Source: Moniliella sp. 'wahieum' (lineage: Eukaryota). Taken from it: DNA of 64,000 nucleotides. Numbering within the stretch: the stretch's first letter is position 1; every line of letters begins with the position of its first letter. The stretch lies in NCBI GenBank assembly GCA_003971905.1, contig RSEE01000031.1, positions 372,001 to 436,000 of the forward strand, given 5' to 3'. Made by a program: the position numbers and the translations under genes. The notes under the pieces were generated by a model. That model was not told where the DNA came from and made no database searches. It saw nothing but the letters and a program-made list of their open reading frames with translations. This document shows positions 36,267 through 50,199 of this stretch, one piece after another.

Positions 36267-37523
36267 TCAAGCCTGTCCTGGTGCCTTGGCTGGATTGACC
36301 GGGTCAAAGTAAGGGTGCGCTTGAGCTTCTTGGGCGGTGAGTCGTTCTTGGTGATCGTAGCGCAAGAGCTTGTCCAAAAAGTCGAGTGCCTCAGGGGAAA
36401 TGTAGCGCTGGTTGTCTGGGGTGACGAAGCGGTCCCATGGTTTGCGCGGGTAGAAGCTGAGGATCTTATCGTAGTGCGCGTCGAGTTCAATGTCGTACTT
36501 GTTGAGGTAGACATAGAGAAGGTCGGTGCCAAGCACCTTGCAGATCTTGACCAATTGGTCGTAGTTATCTCTGCCCTGAAAGAAAGGTTCCTTGCGGAAG
36601 ATCATCGAGGCCAGCACACAGCCCAACGACCACATGTCCAGGCTGTAGTCGTACTCCTGGAAGTCCACCAGGAGCTCAGGGCCTTTAAAGTAGCGCGACG
36701 CGACGCGCACATTGTACTCCGTGTAAGGGTGGTAGAACTCTGCTAGCCCCAGTCAATGAGACGCAGCGTTCGCTTTTCGTGGTCAATCATCACATTGTGC
36801 GGCTTCACGTCGCGGTGCATGATCCCCCGCGAGTGACAAAAGTCCAACGCCTGGAAAACGGGTCCGATCGTCAGTGGGTGACCATCCTTCCTCACGCACA
36901 ACAATGAGGACAAGAAAACGTACCTTGAGAAGCTCAAACAGGTAGTAGCGCACATCCAGATCGGTCAGGCGCGGATATAGGACTTTGAAATCAGTGTTGT
37001 TGACATACTCGGTGATGATGATGGCGTCTTGGACTGCGAGCCAGGGCGGGGAGTCAGCAGGACATGATTGGGTGTAGAAGCGGAAAGGCAGAGGCGAAAG
37101 GCACATACCTGTGGATCTCGCACGACATCGAGCAATCCCACCACGTTTGGCCCGCCAGCCAGGTTCTGCAGGATCTTGATCTCGCGTTTGATCTTTTTTT
37201 CTTGACGGGCTTGAGTACCTTGATGATGCATTTGGTCGGTGCGCGGGGGCAGACGGGCCGGAGTCGAGCTGAGAAGTCGGGGAGGGCCCGGTGGATAGAA
37301 TTGGGATGGGCTTCTGCGCGGGCTGAACACCGCCTACGTTGACGCCCTCAAACACCTCGGAGTACTTGCCGCGACCGACCTTGCGGAGGATCTCGTAGTT
37401 TTCCTGGGAGCCCCACTGGACACTCAGGTTGTCGTAGTCCCACCAGCTGCGCCCGAGGCGGGCGTTAGCATCAGCGTACACGCGCGCAACGCTGCGGGCG
37501 CCAGTGCCGGGCGGTGCCGACAT
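36267..37523 (-). CDS. CKA1: casein kinase II catalytic subunit alpha
   Basis: [94 protein letters not shown]. Confidence 0.97.
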
Positions 37524-38104
37524 GGCGGAAGCAGACGGGAAGGGGTGGTGGTGGGGTCGATGGGAAGACGGGCGAGCTGCGGACAGCACTCAAAACGCAA
37601 GTGAGCACTCGGACTGACGGTACTGAGTACCGACCAGGCGCGCAACGCGTGACCGTGACTAGTGTGACTCAGTCATATATCAGTGCCAGTACTCACGCGC
37701 TCACGTGGGTTGTGCTGTGCGAGGTTATGCGCAATTGCAATGTTCAACGTTCAATATCTATGCGCGAACCATTCATTGTTGGAATCCCTGCTACAGCTGC
37801 TGCCCGCCCGCCCTCCGCAGTCACTTTGCCCGGCCCCCGGCAACCGCACGCCCACCACCACCGCACCACGCCCCCCGCTTGGCCGCCGTGTCGTCGGTCT
37901 TCTCCCTCTCCATCTCCTTCTCCCTTTCGGGCACATCCGTGTCCCCGCCTGCGCGCGCGGACGTTTGCGCATGCCCGTCTTGGCCGGCGTTGGCATCTCG
38001 ATCGGGTCCTCATCACTACTCCATGTGTCCTGTGGCTGCGCCGAGGGGGCGGTGCCATGGGCGTAGGACTCGACACTATCTGTAGGACTGCCTGCCTTGC
38101 TGTT

Positions 38105-40677
38105 CTAGCTGCTGTCTGACTGGCCCCTTGGCGAGGTGTCCGTCATCCAGGAGACCATATCCGGAGGCAGTTTTGTCGCCCGTCGTGCAGGACCTCGCTT
38201 GCGCAAGCCGTACGTGCGCGTCGACCCCTCTGGTAGTACCACTGCCTTGTTCGACGTTTTGTCTCGCCCTTCTTGTCCTGCCGCTGCTGTCGAACCAGCG
38301 AGACGCAGTGGCGCCAACGACACGCGTCCATTCCTGCCCCCACGCGTCTGGTCGCCTGCGCGCGGCTTGACGGGGAATTCTCCTGCGACTCATCGTCAGT
38401 GGCGGTGGTTGCCAAAGTGAGTTTGGCCGCATTAATGATCCCGTCCGATGACAAGGATGAGCGGTTCGTATCCTCTTGCGTGTTGCACTCGTTGATTGTG
38501 CTCGTGTAGAGGCGGGTCGCCTCGAAACAGGCGCTTCTCTTCCTCTTGAGAGAAGAGGTCTCGTTTGGCCTGCTCGGCTTTGCGCGTGCGTGTGCAGATC
38601 CAGGATGCTGCCCTTGTTGGGAGTGAGGCGAGCGGTGAGCACGCCGCGACCCAAGATGGCGCAGCACCTCTTCTGCCTGGAGTGGGGGGCAGGCGAGCGT
38701 ACGGCCCAACTCGGTTGCCCGAGGCCACCGTCGCTTCTTGCCGCACAGATGCAGGGCTCGGCGCTGCAAGGCCAACAGCTGCAAGGCTCTACACACTGTA
38801 TCCGGGACGTTCCCTTGCTCCTTGGCACAGTGCCAGCACAAGAACGTCTCGGGTAAAGTTTTGGCCAGCTTGTGGCCGTAGCAGGCCCAGTGGGACCACG
38901 TTTTGCACCGCTCACACTGCACCGTCTTCCCCTCATCCCGCTCATCCCCGCAAATGCAGCCCATGACTTCCTCCGAATCTAGGCTGCCTCCCATCGTCAC
39001 GCTGGTAAGCCCATCCGCGAGGTTGGATGCGGACGATCCAGCCTCCCTGCTCGCGTGGGAGGACTGTTTTTCCATCACGGGCGGGCAGGCGTTCCTGTGG
39101 ACCCATTCTTGTCCTCAAAGGCTGGACGCGCGTCCTTATCGGCCGCATGACCAGGGTACGGTTTTGAGCCAGGGACGGAGGTTCGTGATCGAACGCTGTG
39201 CCGGGCTCGAGACTCCCCGCGGGCTCGGGACCGACGAAGGTCTCCATGTCCCAAACTACTTGCTGTCCTTCGCCCGACTGTGTGGGTTGAGACAGTTGGT
39301 CGGTGGAAGGGAAAGTATGGGCAATCGAGGCACACTGCATTGTTACGCTGTGGCTAGCGGTTTGAACCGAGCCATAGTTGTCGTGACGTGGTTGGTGATT
39401 CGGTGCAGACCCCTTCGTGGAAAAGGTGAAGAGGGAAGCATTGGCCCCGAGCGGAGGAGTCCAGGTCCTGGATCGATGTAAAGCCCGGAGGTGTGTAGTC
39501 TTCCGGGGTGCGCTCATCGTAATACAGTGCCTTGAAGGTGAGCACGCGTTGGCCCTTGATATTTCTTAACGCGACCTGCTGGCTTGTTACATCGGCAATG
39601 CTTACATAACGTCTTTCAATTGTTGTGCCACCTGAGCTGCCGTGGGCGCAGTTCCCGCGATTGCGGGAGGATGGCCGGGCTGGCGGTGGTCGGTGGACGT
39701 ACCGTTGCCCTCCAACTGGACGAACGGGGCGAAGTGGCCGTCCTGCGTTTGGTGTAGGTAAAGCTGACCAAAATATGGCAAGTTGTAGGGAGAGGGGAGG
39801 AGGAAACGAGAGCACATATAGTGGTTAGCAGTGCCATTGCTTCCGGAACAAAAAGAGTAGACTCACTTGAATGAATAGCCTTCTACGATCGACATGGGAT
39901 TATCCGGATCAACGGAGATTCCTACAAGGAGGGAACGGAGGTATCCTTTGTCCAGTGCATCGCGAACGCCAACATCCTGTTTTTCCATTTATCGTGCGCG
40001 TCAGCCCCCCTGCCCCCGCTCTTAGTATGTTATAACCCCGCCAAAGGGAAGTAGATCAAAGACGTACCAAGGCAGAGATGACCGTGTCGGCCGCTTGGGT
40101 CTTGTTGGACGTAGGAGCATGAAGCGGTAGGAATGATCCCCTTTGGCCCGGATCACTTGACGTGACCTGGTTTCCCAGTCAGGCTCGTCAGTTCCCCCGG
40201 GGTGGGCAGTGGGTTGTCGAGCAAGGCGGGGACCATGATGCCCTGGTGGTAGTGGTCACGAGGGAAGAATCCGCTATAGAGAAGAGAGAGAGAGGAAAAA
40301 CAAGTCAGGGTGGACGCGTTTGCGGTGGTGTGAGGCAAGGGCGTTTTAACGAGATAGGCCAGAGTTGGCACGTACCGGGCAAACAGGATGGCCGAAAGGC
40401 CCACCTTGAGAACGACAAATGGCATATGTCCGGTGCGTGGAGCAGTATGCTGGCCTGGTATGGGGGGCCAACACAGAGTAGACGGGTGGTGAGCAGAATA
40501 GAACCAGAAGGGAGGGGGGATGTGAATGCAGACGTATATGTCCTACGCTGCAACAACGCACCTGCTTAGTAGTGGCGTTTACTGTGGTGGCAGTGTTGGT
40601 GGACGTGACGAGCTTGGTGGGGGAGCGGCGTGTGAGAGCGTGTGTGAGATGCGCTGGCGTTGGCGTTGGGCCGGCAT
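38105..40677 (-). CDS. HOP1: meiotic HORMA-domain axis protein Hop1 (HORMA + PHD)
   Basis: LKVGLSAILFAR/GFFPRDHY; GVRDALDKGYLRSLLVGISVDPDNPMSIVEGYSF; LTFKALYYDERTPEDYTPPGF (HORMA); CICGDERDEGKTVQCERCKTWSHWACYG..FLCWHC (PHD). TATATAA on the minus strand near 40750-40756. Confidence 0.85.
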
Positions 40678-41616
40678 GGCGAAGTCGGAGGGGTTGCGGG
40701 GGGGGGGCGCGGGGAGAGGGCTGCTGTCAGATGCGGCCGGGAGGCGCCCTTATATATGGCGCTGCGCGTGCAGCATACATGCATGTTTTTGTGCACAGCG
40801 CAAGCAACCAGGCGCCAGGCCGCTCCGCTAGGCCAGCCTGAATGCGGGGGGACTGCCTCGCGTGCTGTATACTCGTCGGCCCACAAGGGTCTGCTCATAT
40901 CGCTGCCCCGCCTCCACGCAAACTCGATCCATCGGACATCTGTTGGTGTGCCAACTTAAGACACGTGCGGTTCGATAGGATTGTGGCCCCCAAGTGCCAT
41001 ATCACGGGAATGCCGTGCGGTCCGAGCGCGAGGGGAGGGAGCAGCTTGCGTTGTCAATGCCCGCGTTGTCCTTCCACTACTGGCTGAAAAGCAGCGATGA
41101 TCCACATGTCGTTGACCTATGGTGGTACACTGGCACGGACATGACTCGCGTTTCGGCTTCTGTGAGACTAGCTCTGTCACCGATCCACATACTCCCCAGC
41201 CTCCCCCAACCCGGACGGCAGCATCCTGTATTGATGTGATGTGACCCCCGACAACAAGACAGACTCCCATAGCAACCGCGTCAAGGCCAACGATGGGCGA
41301 AACACCGCACGGGTGAATTGAAGGGCAAGACAATCAACAAGTCGGGTGTCGGAAGGAAAACCATGTGGATTGGGCGGCTGTAGGCTCAGATGGTACAGCA
41401 CTGTGAACGATCTGGGGGCGGGCCTCGACGCGCCAATGTCGACGGCGCAGAACGATCACCAGGATAACTCTTGATTTGAAGGGAGGTGACTTTGGGCAAC
41501 AGCAGCGTTGAGTTATGTTACTCTGTTGTTCTCTCATGCAATCTCTCCTGCGCCCGCTGGTGCAAGCATGTCTTGCGGTGTAGCACATTCGATAGGAGCC
41601 AGAAAAGAAGTGCACA

Positions 41617-42114
<498 letters not shown>

Positions 42115-42585
42115 GGTGGAGATGGCGGGGACCAGGTGGTGGTGGTAGTGGTGGCGATGTGTGCTGGGCGAGGTGGCCGGCCAAGGTGGTCGGTGGCACG
42201 GGGCAAGCCGGCTGATTAGGTAAGCGCCCCTCGGGCTTACGACGCCGAGTGCTGCCGGTGCGCTGACGAAAGCTGACGACTGCCCGACTATCGATCGACT
42301 ATATAAAGGCTGCGCCGCATCAGGCCCCAGGCTCGGTGCTCGGACGCCGCCCTTCCCCCTGACTCGCTAAGTTAACGCGCGTTAGCCCCCGCCAACCCTG
42401 CTCCTTGGGTCCTTTGGCTCGCACGGCTCTGCTTGCACAGCGATCTTGCTCCTCTTCCCTCGCCAGTCCATGCTGGTGCGCCGCGCCGCCCTTTATTCTT
42501 TCTGCACCGTCTCTCGCCCCCCTCCACTCGCCCGCACCCACGCCCGCCCCACGCTTCGCTGTCTCTGCACCATCCAGCACGCACA

Positions 42586-44081
<1,496 letters not shown>

Positions 44082-45381
44082 GGCCCAGAGTGCTGAGCCT
44101 AAGAGGCGTCGAGCCGATCGAAAATCGCTACAGCTCTTTCAAACCCCAATGTTCAACTCGCTCAACGTAGCATGCATTGTTCACTGATAATCAATCTTGG
44201 TCCTTGAAGCTTGGAAATGAAATTGAATTGATATACTTAACTGAGTACTGATTCAGCCAGCTCACTTCGTTTTCCCCCGCTGAGCGACTCGCAGCAAGCA
44301 CTGGGGGCTACGCAGTGCTACTGCAATATGGGATGGCTTAGGGCCGATGGGCAGAAACAGCGTGCCCCACCATAGTACCCAAATCCCTCGCTCTGAGGTT
44401 TCGCGCCTTGGACCAAGCGCCGACGAGGGAAGCTCCAAGGAAGGTCAACTCGATCAATGACGTGGATGCGGGGGCGCGCGTGACGCGTGACGCGCGAGCG
44501 GGGTCGTTATCATTATCATTGCGCCCAGATATGCCGCAGCCCTCTCTGCACATCACCAGTGTGGGGTCCTCCAAACCGGCTAGGGTTCGAGCGTCGTGGC
44601 GTGTGCCTCCGTCGTGCCTAACCCAGACCGCTGTGCACCGTGTGCTGGTGACTAGAGCGGGCATGACGCGTGACGCGTGACGATTCATGAGGCCGAGGCG
44701 TGAGACTGTCTTTTGTTGTTTCGTGTGAAGATTCGGGGCCGCCCAGCAGGGAACGTAGCGGCCGGCGGGTACGTGGTCCTCGCGTGAGCGCGTGAGCAGT
44801 GGAGAGCAGGGATGGGATCGGGGGAGGATTCGATAGGCGATGGCCGAATTCGCGTATGCACGCACACGCTCTCTAGCCTGAGCGCAGTGTGCATGGCCGG
44901 TGACCGTCACCGCCACGTCACGCGTCACCCGACCAGGCCGCGCCGTGGCCACCGCGTCCGCACGGCCCAGCGTCTGCACTCCGGCTGGTCCCCCGTAGCA
45001 GCCACCGAGGCATGGGGGCTGTGTGTGGTGGCACTGCAGCCTCGCCCAGTAGCTAGCACAACACATTGGTGGGCCAGCCCGCCCAGCTAGATTGCCGTTT
45101 CGCGGTCCGCTCGACCCCAACCTCCACCACCACCTTCTCATTCGCCCGTTGGCGACTGCCTCCCCCCTCCCCTCCCCCCCCCCCCCCCTCCCCCCCCTTC
45201 CCCCTCAAAAGACGCGCCCCACCCGGGCTCCTACGGTGATCCACCTCTGGTCCAAGCGTCACGCGTCCAGTGTCCAGGTCCAAGCTTTACTGTCCGATTT
45301 GGTTCGGCACGGTAGCCTTCCTCTCTTTTCTCCGTTCCGTTTGACTGCGGTCGGAGTTGGTCGTATCCCATCCTGCCCATC

Positions 45382-46948
45382 ATGGCCGCAAAAACAGCCG
45401 CGGTGCCAGCTGCCTGTCGGGGCACGCACGGCCCGCTCCTCCCGCTCTGATTTGCTCGTCTTCCTTCCCTCCTCTGCCACCGTTTCTGCCCTCTGCCTCT
45501 GCCGCTGCTTCGCCCTCGTCGGTAGCCTCCGCCGCGTCCGTCGTCGGGGGACCGTCGTTGGAATTGCCTCCGAGCTCAGCGAGGCCGCCAAGAAGCGCAT
45601 TCCTGTGTTTGTGCGCAAACTGCGCAGCATGCTGGACGATGGGGCGGTGCGGCAGATCCACTGGATGCCTATGGGGGATGCGTTCGGGTCGTGGATTCCG
45701 TCACGTTTTCTCGCGACGTGCTTCCCAATTACTTTAAACACAACAATTGGCAATCGTTTATTCGGCAACTCAACATTTACGGGTTTGTCAAGGCGTCCAC
45801 GGACGCGCCGAGCCATCCTGCCTCGCCCAGTTCGTCCTCGACTGGCGTGTCGTCGCCGGTCGACTGGTGCTTTAAGCACCCCCTCTTTCTACGCCACGTT
45901 CCAGCCCTGATGGAGGAAATTAAGCGGCGGACCGCCAAGACGCCCAAACCCACGGCTCGATCCGGCCAAAGCATCCCACGCAGTCCCTTCTCCTCTCGGC
46001 CCACGCCGGCGGGCAAGGGATCTACGTCTGTGCGTCCCTCTGCCCCTCGGCCCAAAGCCGCCACCGCAGCGACCCAACCACGAGCGCGGGTGGGTGTCTC
46101 GTGGATGCCAGCACAGGGGTACGTCCTGGGCATCTGCACGTGGCGCCCATGTCCTGTACGTCTCCTCCGTTGTGCTCGCCTCTGTTTTCGTCGGTGGGCG
46201 CGCACAGCCAGCAAGGCTTCGTCGCACATTACGTCGCAGACTGTGCGTCTGAACCCATCCTTGGCGCTCAAATCGACGGTGGGGACGAATCGATTGCCGC
46301 GCCCATCTCGGCGCCGTTTGAGACGTGGTACGGGCGAGCAGAGCGGCCGGCGCGGCGCGCGGGCGCGAGTGTGGCCGCGGAGGTCCTCGGGCTCAGTCAG
46401 TTCGGCCACGTCGAGCAGTGCGACGGTGGAGCCCACGTCGGAGGTGGCCCAGTTGAAATGGGAGATGGGCCAGTGGCAAGCTCGCTTGGGCACGCTCAAA
46501 CGGCACATGGAAGAGATGGGCCAAGTGCAAGCGCGCGCGATGGCGCATGTCATGCAAGTTCTTTCTTCCACCCACGCGCACCAGCATGCGTCGCCGTTGG
46601 GAACCGTGTCGGAACTGGAAGACTGTGTGGAAACGTGGCGGTGCATGTCGGAGAAGGCGGTGGCGCTCTTCCCCTCATTTGAGGAGGAGGAGGAGACGAG
46701 GAGTTTGTCTGCGCATTCGTCGGGGGACGAGTGGGAGTGGTGTGACAAGGTGGCGCACGACGCTGGGTGGAGCCTACGATGTTGTTGCTGAATGGCGCGA
46801 GTTTGTTGGCTTCACCGCGCTGACGAGTGTGGAGGATGGGTACGAGTCCTTTGACGATGCCGCGACGTTGGAACCGGATGATGAGCTGGACAAGCCTCCC
46901 CTGATACGGAGCGGCCTAGCAAGCGTCGTCGTCGCCGCTAATGCGTAA
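45382..46948 (+). CDS. HSF-type DNA-binding transcription factor with a downstream coiled coil
   Basis: [72 protein letters not shown]. Confidence 0.88.
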
Positions 46949-47845
46949 TGCGTTCGTTCCAACGGATTGGGTTGGATTGTTTTTTCTTTGTTTCGCACCA
47001 GTTCCTGTCCATGCCTTTATCTTGTCTTTTGTCTTTCCCTGTCTTCTCTTTAGGGGGATCTGCGACTACTCTGCTTGATTTGCAACGTCCACCATGTTCC
47101 TTCAAGCTTCCCCCCCATGCCCGTGGGCCCTTCGCTGTTCACCACACTGCCACCACCATTCGATCCCGCTCCTCTTGGGAGCACCAAAAAAAACTGGACC
47201 ACAACCTCGCCTGTTGTTGGTGTGTATCACCACTGTATCATTACTATTTTCTCACCACTTTTCACCACTCTTATGCCGGGTCAGGCTACTGAAACTGGCC
47301 TACTATGCTAAACCCCGCTGAACTACATGCCAATCGCCCATGTCGGTCGAACCGAACCGCCTTGTTTTGGGCTTCAATTGTTTGATGCAGTCATCCAGTA
47401 TAGTAGGCGTGTAGGGACCGATGCGCCGATGAGTGCAATGGGCCATCTGTGATGCCCAGGATAGGAGTCCCCTAGGAGGGCACCTTGCCCTGGAACACCA
47501 TCGTTCCTCCATCGGCTTGAGGGGCGAGGCAGGGTAAGGCCGAGAGCAGCTTCAAGAGGCAACCCTCTCTCCGTATGTGCATGTGCCCAACCTGCGTGTC
47601 TGCCTGCACCCAACGCCCAGCCTGTGACCCCTTCAACATTTCAACATGCGATGCGAACACGTGAACATTTCAACAGGATAGTGGCAATGTGTCCATCGGC
47701 AAGTCCATCGCGCCTCCTCTGCCAGCTCCGTATCCTCCTGCCTCTTCCTGTCTTTCTTTCGGTCGGCCTCGCCCTTGCTCACGCCACCCCCTTCCCCATA
47801 CCTCCCTTTTCCCCTTTCCCCTCACGCCGTTGGACCCGCCTGACC

Positions 47846-48928
47846 ATGCCCCCGCCTCGTGGTATGTGGCGATGCCCCTACTGCAACATCACCATCAACG
47901 ATGATGTGCCGTCGCGGCGGCAACACGAGCAAGGGGGGCGGCACGCGGCCAATGTCCAAGCGGCCATTACGGCAGTACCGTCGAGCGAGCGAGAGCAAGC
48001 AAGCTGCACAAGCGGAAGAACGGGAGCGAGCACGCATCGAGATGGCGGCACGCAAAAGTATGGGGCTAGCAGCTGGGGGTCGGTGCGGACGGGACCGGAT
48101 GCGGGACGGACGAAGCGACCGCAAGCAAGGCGCGTATGGGTCGTTGCTGCAAGACCAGTTGGTGCGGCGGCAGAACGAGGGGGAACTGGGCGGCGGGGCC
48201 GGGACAAAGGAGGGTGTGCCAGGGGAATGGCAGACTGTTGTACCGCCTCCCCCGCAATCCCCTACCCAAGCCCCCTCGACGTCGACGTCGGCATCGACAC
48301 CCGGATCTAGATCGGGACGGGGACTGAATCGAAACGGGACCTAGCGTGACGCCATCGGCTGGACAGGCACTTGGGTCCGTTCGTTCCTTGAAACCTCGGC
48401 GCGGTCGGTGGCCGGGTGGGCAGCCGAGCGGTCGGAAGCGCGATCGTTTGTGTTGGCGGAAAAGCGGACGACGTGGGCGGCCGGATCCGCGTCCGAGGAC
48501 GAGGAGGCACCTCTTGTTTTGGTGCCCGCCACCACAATCGAGGGAGCGAGGTGGAGCGTGCGCAAACGAGCCAAGGTTGCGCTCCAGTTTGAAGCGGAAA
48601 CGGAAGAAGAGCAAACGGAAGAGGATACCAAGCCGCGAGGAATCCTTCCCATCAGCGGGGGCAAGAGCAGGAGCCGGCGTTGGACCAGGCCCCGGTCCAA
48701 GACGAGCGGGAGCAGAAGCACCAACCCGAGGTCAAGCAGGTAGCTCCGCCGTGGTCAAGGCCGACCCCGACGCTGCCCCTGTAGCGCCCGCCCGCTCCTC
48801 GGTCGGAGCCCAAGGCTGAGCCCAAGGCTGAGTCCCCCTCCGATCCAGAGCGTCCGGCTGCCGGTCCCGCGCTGTTCAAGAAACGCAAGGCTGGCGCGAG
48901 TCGAAGTACGAAGAAGATCATTATCTAA
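47846..48928 (+). CDS. U1/matrin-type zinc-finger protein (WBP4/FBP21-like spliceosomal factor)
   Basis: MWRCPYCNITINDDVPSRRQHEQGGRHAANVQ; EGVPGEWQTV; C-terminal ALFKKRK. Confidence 0.75.
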
Positions 48929-49214
48929 ACGCAGCTGCATTGCCCACGATTCCCCCATCGTCCGAGGCGAGACGCAGCTCGCCCCATGCCATGCCATCCT
49001 GGTTGGGTTCGCGCGCGGCCAGCGCTCAGCACGCGCTCAGCTGAGCTGGCAGCTGGCAGTTGATTAATGACTGATGCGGTAGAATTTGTCGCGAGAGCAC
49101 GGCCGGGGTTGGGCGTTTGCGGCCGGTATTGGTTGCTTATAGCAGGGCCTGCTTGGGCTGCGGGGCCTGCCAGTAGCCTGCTCCATCGCACACATCCCGT
49201 ACATCACAGGGTTA

Positions 49215-49872
49215 TCACATGCCGTGTTTGGCTGGGGCAGACTGGGCGTGGCCACCTATGCATCTCTGCACGCCGCTAGCTCCCCTGCGAAGGGTGTGCC
49301 AGGCACTGGCCCCCTGCTGCGGCATGGGGGGCGGTGTGCTGGGCTGGGCTGGCGGGGCGCTGAGGCTGGGTACGGCCGGTACTGGGTCGGCGGAGGGGCT
49401 GGGGAGCATGGACGTCTGTTTGGGCTGGAGGAATTCTGCCATGTCAGGCGCGAGGTCTGAGAAGGAACAGGACGGGTGCATGATCTGCTCAGCGATTTGA
49501 GTTGAATATTGATCTGAGGCGCCTGCCCCCGGCGGAGTGGGAGCGCCCGCGGTTGCCACTGCCGGGGCTGCAGGGGGCTTGTGCGCAAGGGGTAGGGATG
49601 CACCCTGCGCCGCTCCCTTGGGCCTCTGGGGTCTGGCCGTCTGGCCGTGTCTGGCCTGGTTGGGCGACCAGCCGGGGTGCGGTGTGGTGCAGGGGGCGGC
49701 GCATGGCAGCATGTCAAGTGCCAACTCGTCACATGTCCATGTCAGCTGCAAGGGACACGCTACAGCCTGCGCGTTACCGCGGTACCCTACTTGCGCCAGA
49801 GCCGAGGGTGTGGGACCGGCGGGCAGGGAAGGAAGATTGATGCATGATGCCTTGCCTGCTGCCTGCTGCATG
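49215..49872 (-). CDS. possible small Pro-rich ORF divergent from the C2H2 factor
   Basis: 245-codon open frame in the track with a protein-like core (QIAEQIMHPSCSFSDLAPDMAEFLQP). No family recognised; could be a chance GC-rich ORF. Confidence 0.25.
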
Positions 49873-50199
49873 GGGCATGGGGCGTGATCTGACACGTGAC
49901 GCGGGACGCGTGAAGCCGAGCGGCTGCTGGCCGCCACAGCACAGCACAGCACAGCTCGCCCATTTCTTCTGCTCCAGCGCCTTCGGTCGTCCTCACATAC
50001 ATCCCCCGCACGGGCTTGCTGCTTGCTGCCTGCTGCCTGCCGCCTGCTTCCGCCCTGCTGCTTGCGCCCCCATCACGCATCCCACCCCCTCACCCGTCCT
50101 CCTGTCGGCTGTCTCCACCACCTCTCCACCCCGTCCCCCATCTCCACCCGCTCTCTCCACCCTAGCCCCCGCCCTCTCCACCCTCGCCCCGCGCTCCCC

